The notes under the pieces were generated by a model. The model did no database searches and was not told the origin of the DNA. It saw only the letters and a program-made list of their open reading frames with translations. A DNA stretch of 64,000 bases, from contig NC_043003.1 of assembly GCF_006345805.1 (NCBI RefSeq), forward strand, positions 14,260,001-14,324,000, written 5' to 3'. The position numbers and the translations under genes are program-made. Shown here piece by piece: positions 13,303 to 27,446 of the stretch (positions are counted from its first letter, which is position 1; each line of letters begins with the position of its first letter). Source of the stretch: Octopus sinensis (Eukaryota).

Positions 13303-13890
13303 TAAGCTGGCAGAATCGTTAGCATGCCAGGCTAAATGCTTAGTGATGTTTCATCTGCCACTACGTTCTGAGTTCAAATTCCGCCAAGGTTGACTTTGCC
13401 TTTCATCCTTTCGGGGTCGATAAATCAAGTACCAGTTACGCACTGGGGTCGATGGAATTGACTTAATCGCTTTGTCTGTCCTTGTTTGTCCCCTCCCCAA
13501 AAATTTCAGGTCATATGCCTAGAGTAGAAAAAAAAAGTAAGTACCAGTTACGCACTGGGGCCAATATACTCAACTAGCTCCCTTCCTCAAAAATTTTCAA
13601 GGCCTTGTGCCTAGAGAAGAAATAATAATAATAAATATTATTATTATTATTATTACTACTATTATTATTATTATTAATGTGGCAAGCTGGCAGGATCGTT
13701 AGCATGTTGGGCAAAACGCTTAGCAGCATTTCATCCGTTTTTACATTCTGAGTTCAAATGCCGCCATGGTCAACATTGCCTTTCATCCTTTTGGGATCGA
13801 TAAATTAAGTACCAGTTGCATACTGAGGTTGATCTAATCGACTGGTTCCCTCTCCAAAAATTTCAGGCCCTGTGCCTAGAGTAGAAAAAA
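13300..13890 (+). mobile_element. Two SINE C copies within (TTA)n tracts
   Basis: AGCTGGCAGAATCGTTAGC heads at ~13305 and ~13685. Confidence 0.85.
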
Positions 13891-15771
13891 TTATTATTAT
13901 CATTATTATTTTCATATCACTCCAGCCTACCCAGCTGTAAATGGGTAACCCTGTGATAGACTAGCCTTCAGATTAGGGGGAATGTTGACCTGCTTGTCAA
14001 GCCAGTAGGGTGGCATCATTTGAAAGCTAAAAAATGATGTGAAGTGCATTGTGACCAGCGATGTTTAACACCATCCAATAGTCCAGTCAATATCGTGATA
14101 CCATAATGATAAAAACACAAACACATGTATCGTCGTCGAATAAGTCCTGGGGTTGATTTGCTCGACTAAAGGCGGTGCTCCAGCATGGCCACAGTCAAAT
14201 GATTGAAACAAGTAAAAAAAGAGTATTACAATTTGACAGAGAAACCTGAATGCTAAAAGTTTACAAATCTACTTCCTTGTCCAACTCACAGCACAGAAAA
14301 AGTTTGGAGATTAGCAAGAAAATAAACAATCGCCATCATTATAATCTCCATTTAACATCCATCACACTGGCATGGGTTATCAACCACTTTTCAGAGTGTA
14401 CCAAATTCTTTTGTTGAGGTACCAGCTCTAGTGAGGGTACCTTGTAGCTTGCAAAACAAAGATCACTTTTGACTGAGTGGAACTATATGTTCACATGCAA
14501 GGTGTTAAGAGGTTAAAGTATGAAAAAAAAAGGGACAGTTTCGTTGCTGTAGGGGAGATACATTACATAAAAGTAGGGGGGAGTAACTGGAGGAGAGAAG
14601 GATAATCTGTGTTTCGAGTTCAAATCCTGCAAAGGACAACTTATTTTACATCATTTTGGGGGTTGATACATGAAGTACCAGTCAAGTACTGGGGCCAATT
14701 CTGAACTTTCTCAATTACCCCCGGTAGGAATCGGCTACATTTATATGCGAAGAAGATTGAGGCTCTGCTTAGGAATGAACCCTTTACAACAATAACCAGC
14801 TGAGAATCAATTTTTAATAAAGTCTTTTTGAACCTTTAATATTATTGATAACAATAACCATTTGATAATATTATCGGTGAATAAATAGCTTCCTCTGTAT
14901 ATTGTATCTAAACATATAAATTTTAATATCAGCATCACATTTACATATATAGTGATATCACTATAATTAAACACATAAGTATATGTATATGTGTATACAC
15001 ACACACAATAAACATGTTATTACACATTTATATCCTATAGTAACATTTACACACACACACACACACACACACAGAGGCTACCTAACAAACACCTACATAT
15101 ACCTAACATGTATAATGAAAAAATAAAATGTTTTAAGATAAGGCCGCATGCGAAAATAAGACTCCAATTAAATTGTTGATATTTTGTGATAATCATTTAA
15201 AAATTTGCAATTCAAATTTTTTGAAAATTCCACAGCAAAATGTAGAAGTGTTTAAAAATAAAATAAAATTTAAAAAAAAAACAACTTTCCTTTTATTTCA
15301 AAACCTGCTACATTTAAATTCATTAAAAAAACACAAACTAAGTAAACATAAATCTCATCCTATCAACTTTAATTACAGGAACACCGATAAGGAATCGGAG
15401 TAATTTCCTTTAAGCCTCTCACATTTTCATAACTCTGAAAGCCAATATCACATTTTCATAACTATGAAAGCCAATATTAAAGAAACGGTGAGTTTATCAA
15501 ATGTGACATTGTGATATTACTTTTTCTATAATTGACTGTACTGAAAACGATAGCTGGTTTAGCCCTGTTTTTTTATGGTTTGTTTTTTTTCTGTTAAAAA
15601 AAAAAAGAAAAAAGAGTAAAGTACCTTGCATGGAAGGTAAATTGAATAGGCTAAACTCAATATAATTTCAGTGAATATTTACCAATTTGGAATTTAGTAC
15701 TTTCACAGCAAACATTGTCTCAACGACAACTACACAATGAAGAATATTCTATCAATGTGTGTGGGTGTGCG

Positions 15772-16010
15772 TCATCATCATCATCATTGTCGTTTAACAT
15801 CCGCTTTCCATGCTGGCATGGGTTGGACGATTTGACTGAGGACTGGCAAACCAGATGGCTGCACCAGGCTCCAATCTGATCTGGCAGAGTTTCTACAGCT
15901 GGATGCCCTTCCTAACTAATGCCAATCACTCCAAGATTGTAGTGGGTGCTTTTTAGGTACCACTGGCACAGGAACCAGTTAGGCAGGCCTGGTATTGATG
16001 ACATTTGGAT
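15772..16010 (-). mobile_element. Family D repeat
   Basis: (CAT)n plus TTTAACATCCGCTTTCCATGCTGGCATGGGTTGGAC. Confidence 0.75.
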
Positions 16011-16029
16011 ATATATTTATGTGTATGTG

Positions 16030-17385
16030 TGTCATTGTATAAGCGTTTGTCCCCCATCACCATCTGACAGCTGGTGGTGGTTTATTTACGTCCCCATAAC
16101 TTAGCAGTTCAGGAAATGAAACCGAGCTGGCAGAAACGTCAGCACACCAGGCGAAATGCTTTGTGGTATTTTGTCCACCGTTGCATTCTGAGTTCAAATT
16201 CCACCAAGGTCGATATTGCCTTTCGTCCTTTCAGGTTCGATAAATTAAGTACCAGTCACGCACTGGGATCGATGTAATCCACTTAATCCATTTGTCTGTC
16301 CTTGTTTGTCCCCTCTATGTTTAGCCCCTTGTGGGCAATAAAGAAATAAGAATAACCACAAGGTTTAAAATGAAAACAAGTACTGTTCAGCAAAACCCTT
16401 CAAAGCAGTGCCTGGACTAGGCTTAAAAAGTAAATACAGGGGTTTGTTTGTTCTACTAAACCCTTCGGGGGCGGTGCCCCAGTATGATTACAGTTGAATG
16501 ACTGAAACAAGTCAAAAAACAAAAAAAAAATTAATAATAAATATTTATTTAGATGAAGTACTTATTATCCCCCTCAGATATCAATCCACCCAGGACCACC
16601 TATGGCTCTATGAATACAAACTTCCTGTTTTGAAGTGATCTTAAATTAAAACCTTCCATCAAAATCTCATACTCTTTTATTCTTTTACTGCAGCCATGCT
16701 GGAGCACCGCCTTTAGTCGAGCAAATTGACCCCAGGACTTATTCTTCGTAAGCCTTGTATTTATTCTATCAGTCTCTTTTGCCTAACCGCTAAGTTACAG
16801 GGACATAAACACACCAGCATCGGTTGTCAAGCAATGTTTGGCGGGGTAACACATACATATATACATATATACAACAGGCTTCTTTCAGTTTCCGTCTACC
16901 AAATCCACTCACAAGGCTTTGGTCAGCCAAGGCTATAGTAGAAGACGCTTGCCCAAGGTGCCACGTGGTGGGACTGAACCCAGAACCATGTGGTTTGTAA
17001 GCAAGCTACTTACCACACAGCCACTCCTATGCCTACGGATGGCATATAAATGGCACCATGAATTGTACTTATACTCATTGCCGATACCATGTAGAGAACA
17101 CTCATGAATCATCGTGGGACTGAACCCAGAACCATGTGGTTGATAAGCAAGCTACTTACCAGCATCGGTTGTCAAGCGATGTTGGGAGGACAAACAGACA
17201 CACAAACATATACACACACATACATATATACAACGGGCTTCTTTCAGTTTCCGTCTACCAAATCCACTCACAAGCCTTTGGTCGGCCCAAGGCTATAGAA
17301 GAAGACACGCAGTGAGACTGAATCCGGAACTATGTGGTTCATAAGCAAGCTACTTACCACACAGCCACTCCTATGCCTATACATA
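16030..17385. mobile_element. Cluster of nested and rearranged SINE A and C fragments
   Basis: SINE C at 16124-16350 within a SINE A 3' half; two minus-strand SINE A copies at 16672-17385. Confidence 0.8.
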
Positions 17386-17492
17386 TATGTATAAAAATAT
17401 GTTTATTTTTAAGCCTACCTATATATATAAAACAGTTCAAATTAAATTGAAGGATAACTCATTCACTGAATACTTTCAGTGCAATAACACAT

Positions 17493-17630
17493 TTATTTTG
17501 TATTTAAAGGGGAAAATGCTGACAGATACTTTGAAGTTTTGTGTATGTAACCTTCATCAGACAGTCTGATGAGGACAACACAACAAAATCTTCAAAGTAA
17601 CTGTCAACCGTTTTCTTATAAAAATAAAAT
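17493..17630. repeat. Palindrome centred on CATCAGAC-A-GTCTGATG with back-to-back decayed hammerhead cores
   Basis: Arms TGACAGATACTTTGAAG... / ...CTTCAAAGTAACTGTCA; CTGATGA on both strands; GAAA decayed to AAAA. Confidence 0.65.
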
Positions 17631-17918
17631 ATGTATTTGCGTCTATGTGGACATTATATGTATGGATATGTATATATATGTGTATATATAGTTGAATCAA
17701 ATAAACAATCAGTTAAAAAAAAAATGAATAATAAAATTAGTGGACAAGTGGACGTACACAAGAAATGTATTAGTTTGACACTCAGTGAAAAAAATAGAGT
17801 TTAATGTTTCGAGCATAGCTCTTTGTCGGAAAGGAGAAAGCGAAATATCTAAAAGAAGGAAAAGAAATCACCAATAGCACATGTATGGTTACATTGCTGA
17901 ATATATACGAGTGTGTAA

Positions 17919-18140
17919 GGTGGCGAACTGGCCGAAACGTTAGCATGCCGGGCAAAATGCTTAGTGGTATTTCGTCTGCCGCTACGTTCTGAGTTCAAAT
18001 TTCGCCAAGGTCGACTTTGCCTTTCATCCTTTTTGGGTCTATAAACAAAGTAACAGTTTCGCACTGGGGTCAATGTAATCGACTTAATCCCTTTGTCTGT
18101 CCCCTCTATGTTTAACCCCTTGTGGGTAGTAAAGAAATAT
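17919..18140 (+). mobile_element. SINE family C
   Basis: GGTGGCGAACTGGCCGAAACGTTAGC head and GTAAAGAAATA tail. Confidence 0.85.
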
Positions 18141-18518
18141 ATATACGAGTGTATGTGTGTGATTGGCTTCTTCAGTTTCTGTCTACCAATTTCACAAACA
18201 AGGTATTGGTTGGCTTTTGGGTTATGGCATAGGGCACCAGTCTTCAGCATCCACAAAGTAAGATTGAACCGTTAACTATGTGGTTTTGAGGTGAAATTCG
18301 AAACCACATAGCCATGCCTGCATCTAATATTTATAAACAATATATTACATTTAGATATATATCCACACATACATACACACAGACATATATATTTGCACAC
18401 ACAGACATATAATATATATATATATATATTATGTATATATATATAATATATATATATTATGTATATATATATATTATGTATATATATATGTATGTATATA
18501 ATATGTGTGTGTGTGTAT

Positions 18519-18561
<43 letters not shown>

Positions 18562-18596
18562 CTTACATATAATATATACATTTACTTTATATACAT

Positions 18597-18790
18597 ACAT
18601 TAATCCCTCGACAATTGCAGGTGTTACGTTCCAACCCCCCAACCCCCGCAATGGGTGAAAATCCGCAAAGTAGAAACAGTGTTGTTCTGTATATTGTTTT
18701 TTTGATTTTTAGAATTTCTGTATATTTATTTTATTATAAATGCAAAACAACACCACAGAGGAATTGACGTAAGCTTAAATAATAACCTCA
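18597..18790 (+). mobile_element. Tigger/pogo-like MITE left end
   Basis: TAATCCCTCGACAATTGCAGGTGTTACGTTCC resembles Tigger-type TIRs; partner end not found. Confidence 0.45.
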
Positions 18791-18879
18791 AAATGGTGAG
18801 TGATTACTGTATATATTATATATACATACACACATACTATATACAATATACATACACACATACTATATACAATATACAT

Positions 18880-18932
<53 letters not shown>

Positions 18933-18978
18933 CATATGTAAAAACATGGATACATTTATAACATATACAGACATAGAA

Positions 18979-19024
<46 letters not shown>

Positions 19025-19133
19025 GCAAATGCTATACGGACATAAACTGTGTATTGATAGCCACCTGGAAAAGATGTTTTCCTAGGGCTAAACAACAGTA
19101 ACATCGTCCTTTATAGGACTGCTACATTCTACT

Positions 19134-19166
<33 letters not shown>

Positions 19167-19168
<2 letters not shown>

Positions 19169-19558
19169 TTTACTCTTTTACTTGTTTCAGTCATTTGACT
19201 GCGGCCATGCTGGAGCACCGCCTTTAATCGAACAACTTGACCCCAAGACTTATTCTTTTGTAAGCCCAGTACTTATTCTATCGGTCTCTTTTGCCGAACC
19301 GCTAAGTAATGGGACATAAACACACCAGCATCGGTTGTCAAGCAATGCTAGGGGACAAACACAGACACACACACGCATAGATATATACATATATACGACG
19401 GGCTTCTTTCAGTTTCCGTCTACCAAATCCACTCATAAGGCTCTGGTCGGCCCAAGGCTATAGTAGAAGACACTTGCCCAAGGTGCCACGCAGTGGAACT
19501 GAACCCGGAACCATGTGGTTGGTAGACAAGCTACTTACCACACAGCCACTCCTGCGCC
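19167..19558 (-). mobile_element. SINE family A, full length
   Basis: As above. Confidence 0.9.
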
Positions 19559-19844
19559 TATATATTATGGATATATATATATATATATTAGTATTATATC
19601 ATCGTCATTTAACATCTGTCTTCCAAATACGCACACATAAACACGTGTATCTTTATACCCTCCACCATTTGACAACCGATGTTGGCATGTTTACATCTCC
19701 ATAACTTAGCAGTTTGGCAAAAGAGACTGACAGAGTAAGTGCCAGGCTTTAAAAAAAAATAATTACTGAAATCAGTTCGCGTGACTAAAATTCTTCAAGG
19801 TATAGCCCCAACACGGCTAGAGTCCAGTGACTGAAACACGTTAA

Positions 19845-20367
19845 CCCGTAAAGCGCTGGGACTTGCCCTTACATAGTATGGACTGCTGAGCACATTTTAT
19901 GAAAATGAGACTACCATACACACATAAAAAAAAATAGTTACAATATCTTCTTAGTATATAACTAGCAGTATAACCCAGCCTTGCCCGGGATTAAATTACG
20001 ATTATTAAGCTAATCAAGTTCTTTATTTCAAACCAAACTAAGTAATATCGACCCTCAACAAAACACTTTTTTACGCGGCGTAAAATAAAAACAAAACTCT
20101 TTCGCACCCAAAGTAATGTGAGTGAGAGAGAGAGGGGGGGAGAAAAGTGAACGATTCAAAATAAATAAATGATAAGTTTTTACATCATCTGAAAAGTGAT
20201 TAGTTGAACTATTAGTTCTCTTGCATTCCGGTGGGTATTGGGAGCATTTGAGTGACATTAGAACCCCAACAAACCGCCCATAAATTAAATGCATCTATCT
20301 GGGCCACGATCGTGGCCTGTGGACCTATGCCTGACAGCCACGATCGTGGCCCGTCGCGCTTTATGTG
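19845..20367. mobile_element. piggyBac-like MITE with TTAA target duplication, carrying a Helitron-like 3' end
   Basis: TTAA|CCCGTAAAGCGC ... GCGCTTTATGTG|TTAA; two GCCACGATCGTGGC palindromes near the right end; splits a SINE tail; minus-strand hairpin+CTAG at ~19961-19990. Confidence 0.7.
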
Positions 20368-21054
20368 TTAAAGATAAAAACACACAAATACAAACAGATA
20401 ACTAGAAGGTAAAGTTTCAAATCGATACATCCTGATGAAGCAAAAGAACAAAATTTTCTGACATTTAGCCAAAATGTGTTGTATAATATAATCTATACCC
20501 AATCTCAGAATAAAGCAATATTATTCTAGTATCATATATATATCTATATACGGAGATTAAGCTTTCCTATATATCTGAATATGATTTCACTAAGGCAACA
20601 ACAAAATTATGAATCATTTCTTTGTCATCGTCTGTTTGTTGTTTGGCCATCGGTCAGCCCAGATGGAGCAAACCTTAAAATATTTCGATCAATCGCAATT
20701 ATACTCGTCTGCATTTATTCCACACGGTCTTGGACTGCGGTCATGCTGGGCACCGCTTCAGAGGGTTTGGTTGAACAAATCGAGCCTGGTAATTATTTCT
20801 TTTTAATCTGGTACTTATTCTATCGGGATCTCTTGCCAAACCACTAAGTTGTAGGGATGTAAACAAACCAACACTGTTTATCAAGCTATGATGGGGAACA
20901 AACACAGCCACACACACATACTTTATACACACATATATACATATATTCACAGGTATACATGTTTATATATACACGTATATATAAATACATATATATATAT
21001 ATACACATATATATATATACACATACATACATATATACATATATGTACATCATC

Positions 21055-21116
<62 letters not shown>

Positions 21117-21924
21117 AATCATGCATATATTATATATGTGTATGTATGTATGTATGTATGTATAAATGTATACAACAGGCTTCTTTAAGTTTCTGTCTAG
21201 CAAATTCACTCGTAAGGCCTTAGTTAACCTGGGGCTATATAATAGAAGACACTTGCCCAAGGTGCCACACAGTGGGACACAACCCACGACCACATGGTTG
21301 GGAAGCTACCCACACTACCACACCAGCACCTTTGTTTTTTTTTAAGACAATGTAAAATGTGTGATATGAAAGGAATTTGGCAGCTAATCTGTCATTCCTT
21401 CTTTGTATTCTTATTTTACAGACTTTAATCACAGGACTGCAGCCATACTGGGGCACACTATCTTGAAGGGCTTTAGCCAAACAAATCTACCGCAGTACTT
21501 ACTTACTTCACTGGGTTCTTTTGCCGAACAGTTAAGTTACAGGTATGTAAACAAACCGACACCGGTTGCCAAGTGGTGATGGAAGGGACACCGACACATA
21601 CACATACATGGTTTTTAGTTTATACGCACTCTATTCTCGATGTTGAAAACCTTTCGCTAACAACTTCGATTTTCATCAATCAGTGACCGACAGAATAATA
21701 CATCGATTATGAATACGAACATTACATATATATATACACAAATATATACATATATATAGCCTACGGGTAGCTTCTACTTTTTCTGTCAAAGAGGTGTTTT
21801 TTAATCCCCAGATCTCCACACATTTATAGTTTTTACGTGCAACAGGGCCATCGTTCCCAGGAAGAATTATTTCACCTTCTCTCCAAGCTTATAAATTCTC
21901 ATGACGTCAATTATATATTTATTA

Positions 21925-22001
21925 GATAGATAGAAAGATAGATAGATAGAAAGAGATAGATGGATAGATAGATGGATGGATGGATGGATAGATATCGAGT
22001 G

Positions 22002-22077
<76 letters not shown>

Positions 22078-22120
22078 AAGAGACAGATGGATTGATGGAT
22101 GGATAGATATCGAGTGTAGG

Positions 22121-22160
<40 letters not shown>

Positions 22161-22370
22161 AGAGACAGATGGATGGATGGATGGATAGATATCGAGTGTA
22201 GATAGATAGATAGATAGATATATAGATAGATAGATAGATAGATAGAAGATAGATAGATAGATATAGATAGATAGAAAGAGACAGATGGATGGATGGATGA
22301 TGGATGGATGGATGGATGGATGGATGGATGGATGGATGGATGGATGGATGGATGGATGATGGATAGATAT

Positions 22371-22411
<41 letters not shown>

Positions 22412-22597
22412 AGATAGATATAGATAAATAGATGATAGATAGATAGATAAATAATAGATAGATAGATAGATATAGATAAATAGATATAGATATAGATAAT
22501 AGATAGATAGATAGATAATAGATAGATAATAGATGATAGATAGATAGATAGATAGATAGATAAATGATAGATAGATAGATAGATAGAGATAGATAGA

Positions 22598-22653
<56 letters not shown>

Positions 22654-22690
22654 TAGATAGATAGATAGATATAGATAATAGATAGATAAT
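21925..22690. repeat. (AGAT)n/(GGAT)n tetranucleotide array
   Basis: Direct reading; GATATCGAGTGTAG recurs three times. Confidence 0.95.
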
Positions 22691-22927
22691 GTATGTACGT
22701 ATCGCCAGATAAAATCAGAAATCACTTTTAAAGTAATGCCCGCTTTTTTTTTTTCATTTAAATATACCAGAAAATAAAATTATACAAAAATAGGGTAATT
22801 ATTCATAAAAATAAACAATAAAGTTATTTTAAGATGATGGAAATATCTCATCTCTTACGTAATCACATGTACAAAAAGAAAACAAATCCAGAGAATGGAT
22901 GCGTGTGTGTGTATACATATATAAATG

Positions 22928-22982
<55 letters not shown>

Positions 22983-23102
22983 CATAGCAATAACTATTGA
23001 TGACTAGATAGGTGAGACAGACTGCTGCCAGCTCTGCAGACCCAAACGGTAGCCCCAGCATGGCCGCGGCCTTCGGACTAAAACATTTTTAAGGATTTAA
23101 GG

Positions 23103-23155
<53 letters not shown>

Positions 23156-23162
<7 letters not shown>

Positions 23163-23255
23163 TAGGGCTCAGCAAAGATTTGCTTTTTCTCTGGCTGCTA
23201 TTTCTAAACTTCGGTATATGTGGAAAAGCAAATCTTTGCTGAGCCCTAATTATAA
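23156..23255. repeat. Perfect 32-bp inverted repeat with 36-nt spacer, next to (TA)n
   Basis: TTATAATTAGGGCTCAGCAAAGATTTGCTTTT / AAAAGCAAATCTTTGCTGAGCCCTAATTATAA. Confidence 0.95.
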
Positions 23256-23381
23256 AATATTACTTAAGTTTACCGAGAAACGGTCCTTTTTCATGCCGAA
23301 TTCTACTTGGTGAAATTATTGATTACTAGTTAATTAATTAATTTTACCCTTTGTTATTATTGATTATATACATATACATAT

Positions 23382-23782
23382 GGCTGTGTGGTAAGTAGCT
23401 TGCTTACGAACCACATGGTTCAGGGTTCAATCCCACTGCGTGGCACCTTGGGTAAGCGTCTTCTACTATAGCCTCGGGCCGACCAAAGCCTTGTGAGTGG
23501 ATTCGGTAGACGGAAACTGTAAGAAGCCCGTCGTATATATATATGTATATATATATATGCGTTTGTGTGTGTGTGTGAGTGTTTGTCTGTGTTTGTCCCC
23601 CCAACATCGCTAGACAACCGATGCTGGTGTGTTTACGTCCCCGTAACTTAGCGGTTCGGCAAAACAGAGACCGATAAAATAAGTACTAGGCTTACAAAGA
23701 ATAAGTCTTGGGGTCGATTTGATCGACTAAAGGCGGTGCTCCAGCATGGTCACAGTCACATGACTGAAACAAGTAAAAGAGT
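23382..23782 (+). mobile_element. SINE family A
   Basis: As above; CpGs largely intact. Confidence 0.9.
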
Positions 23783-26104
23783 ATATATAATGTGTGTGTG
23801 TGTGTGTAGCAAAAACTATTGATACTTAAAGGTGAACAACACTAAAAGCGGGCCAAGACTCGACAGAAAAAGAAAATCGCGTGATTGTCTCTTGGGCGAC
23901 GCACCCTGTAAACTTTTCGTCTGCAGTGCTACCCCCGTTTCACAGAGCTGCAAAAATCTAATATTAATGTTAAGCAAACTTGAAACCTCTTGGTAATATA
24001 GAACGAAATTTCATTCGACTGAAGAAAGAGAGGAAGGAAGGAATCAGAGTGAGTGACCGACATTGCAGGAAGCCAGGCTAGATTTTTAAGCAGCAGGGAG
24101 AGAGGTCAACGAGTACCAGAAAAGATATCTAGGGTGACCCCAATGTCACACCGCGGTTAAGAGTTTCTGAAAAGCCCGCCTGTCTTCCCTCTGCCCTTTA
24201 TTTGCTTGCTTGTTCTCTCACTCTCTTTCAGATTCATTATAACGAAAAAATATTCGGCAAGCTCCATCAAGTCATTTATTTATTTTTATTTTTGCCAAAT
24301 ACTGGTAGGATTGCAATAAAAATGGCATTTGTAACATATTCTATAACGAAATTCGCCTTACTTATTTCGGATACACTTGCCTTAAAATGTTTTTAATTTC
24401 GAAATACTATAGAGAGATAAGAGATATTAGTCACATAGTCACACCACTGTGATTTATATACAGAATAAGATTGTATTTGTGTGTGTTTGTGTTACGCCCC
24501 AGTGGTGTATACAGAACAAAATAAAGTACCCAAAATCGTATGTGTAATTACACGCGCACACACACACATATAACTGCTTATATAAAAACATGCATATGTC
24601 TATGTAAAAACACATACTCATGTGTGTTTATGAAAGTATACGTATGTATATACAAGCTTTCATACGATATACAAGCATATCTATACATGGAAGCATATGT
24701 ACGGGTGTCTACATATATATATGTGTGTGTTTGCTTATATACAAACACTTTTACGTGTATACACGCAGAGGTTATCCCTAGTGGTAGAGTTATCTTCTAA
24801 AAGCGCCTAAATGCCCAACAAACGACGCCTTAAGGTTAAGGGCAGCGGCACATGTGCTAGATTGCGCTGTTGGTGTGAGCATGTTTTAGTTTAACCACGA
24901 GAATATAGAAAAGAAGAAAGGAAGAAGCGATGTACTTCACATTTTCTTTGCTGCGAAAATGGTTTCGTGTTAAGACAACTTTACGTAAAGGCCCTTTTCA
25001 TCACAGAGATGTCAAAGTTCCTTTCGAGACAATCCTAAATGCACGCACCGACCAAAACCAAGCTGGGAGCCTGTGTGCGATTGATAGTGTGTGAGAAATG
25101 AATGGTTGAACTGCTTCAGGGGTAGTAAATTCTTTTGTTTATTTATACACATAAAATTGCGTGTATGCACACAATATATAGAAGGTTGTAAGATGTTATA
25201 GTATTATTTATATGGTTACTTTGGCAAAAATGCTTTTCCCCTCGACATCATCTGGAAGTATGTGTGAAAAAAAATTGAAAAAGCCCTGTCAAAACGGAGA
25301 AAATGCAACTTATGTGGGTGTGCTATTCCAGACCTTCACTGAGATATTAATTAAAAAGGAAGAAAAAAAACACAGATAATATAATAAACTTAATTACCAT
25401 TAGCACTAGGTTTAAATAGTACAAACAACAAGGAAAAAGAGAAACAAGTTATAAGTATTCGACTAACTTTTACAAATTTATGTAAAAGGACATTTATATA
25501 AGGAGCAAAAGAAGATTTAATGTGTCGTTAATAAAAGACAAAAACTGATGTTATTATGATCAAGGGATTATAGAAATGAACAGGATTTAATAGTGTTTAC
25601 GCAATAAAATTCTTTTCAGTAAATTTCGGTAAAATTACAGATTAACACCCGCACGATTTTCACTAAGAAAAAAAGAAAAAAACTCGGATTTTTTGCGGCG
25701 AAGTTTCGAAATAGTTGTTACCATCTCTTGGAGAAGGAAAAGAAAAAGCAATTGGAATGCTTTTCTTTTAAATATATTCTTTTAGTATCCTCGTTTCGTA
25801 TAACGAATTCCAATTTTGAAAGAATTTTTTTTTAATTCTAGAATTTCAGTTTTTAAAAATTTTACACCCCCCCCCCGCCCAAATTTCTGTGCCCTTTTTC
25901 TCTTTTCCTTTGAATGAGATAGTCATAGCTTTTCCGAAACTCCGCCAGTGAGAGGCATAATTTTTACCATTTTTTTTTTTATTCGCATCTATCAACTACG
26001 GGACAAAAAGGTGTTTCAATTTCTTTTTCCAAGACAAGGGACAATGTCCCAAGCTGACAAAAATGAAATCGTTCGCGCCATATAAGTATTGAAGAACGGA
26101 CAGC

Positions 26105-26139
<35 letters not shown>

Positions 26140-26570
26140 TAAAATCCTTTCCACAGGGTCATGGGCTGAAATTTGGGGGAACGGCATAGTTGATTACATC
26201 AAACTCCAGTACTTGACTGGTACTTTATTTTATCGATCTCCCTAAAGAATAAAAGGCAACCTTGAATTTGGCGATATTTGAACTCAAAATGTTAAGAGTC
26301 GGAACAAATACCACAAAACAATTTTCTCTGGACACTAACAATTTCTTAATAATTTTTTTCTCGATTCCGAAAGGATGAGAGGAGGCAAAGCTTAACTCCA
26401 AGAGATTTGAACTCAGAACGTAATGAATAAAGTGCTTTTTTTTTTTTTTGCCGACACTCTAAGCAATTTCTAAATAATTCTTAACAATGGATAAATAATA
26501 ATAGATTTCTTTTACTTTTAATTTATTTATTTTTTAAAGCTGCTTTCAAAAGTTGCCTTTCACCTTAAGA

Positions 26571-26613
<43 letters not shown>

Positions 26614-26691
26614 AGAAGTGGCGGGATGGGTATTTGTTAAAAATGCGAGAGAAGGATAAAGGTGAGTATGTGTCGACGCGCATCTACAGAC

Positions 26692-26982
26692 CTTTTGCGA
26701 GCTGTGTGTTTAAACAGGGAATTCCATACATCAAAACATGAAGTGTCCAATCGTCAGTGTAGCTGAAGAGCTTCCTGAAGAGTTAATGTAAACACGAGCC
26801 GAGATGTGTTAGCAGTCAGTAAAGAACTGGCAGAGGCGGCGGCGACGGGAAGGAGGGCTTGGCGGACACACACTGCCGAGTGATTGAGGAGAGAAGATAG
26901 AAAAAGATAACAACACAAACTCGGCGAGAGAAGAAGACCACAACAGAGGTCTGTGTGATTTAGAGAAAGAAAGAAGGACTGA
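26692..26982 (-). promoter_or_regulatory. Candidate TSS and first exon of an unidentified minus-strand gene
   Basis: Unique CpG-rich island; Inr-like TCAGT at 26982-26978; pyrimidine-rich leader; ATG at 26731 giving MYGIPCLNTQLAK then AAG|GTCTGT. Inference only. Confidence 0.3.
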
Positions 26983-27402
26983 GAGATAGATATGGAAAAA
27001 AAAAAAATAAAAAGTTTTTTTTTATTTTTAAGAGAAGATAGAATTTGGCGGGGTGGACAAAGCGACTGAATTTAAAACAGGATACTTTTCAAGCGGCATC
27101 GCAACGCATCAACAAGGAAATAAAAATGACAAAAGCCTGAGAAATAAATAACAGACAATAATAATAATAATAATAATAATAATAAGATGAGGTTGCGAAA
27201 AAAAAACACCAAAACAAATGCGAAAACTCAGAGCAGTTTAAAAGCTTTAAACTTTAGCATAAACAGCGAGAGATAGAGAAAGAAGATAATTAAATCCTAT
27301 TAATGGAGATTTTTTTTAATTAATCGTATTGTTACTAATTGCAGTGATTACTCGGTGATTAACACACAAATCCATACGTACATACATATACATGTGTATG
27401 TG

Positions 27403-27446
<44 letters not shown>

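Noticed and set aside
21922-22725. 267-aa ORF and other YI/HT/CV/LSIY/poly-I ORFs
   Set aside because: Translations of (AGAT)n, (TA)n, (CA)n and (TAA)n microsatellites.
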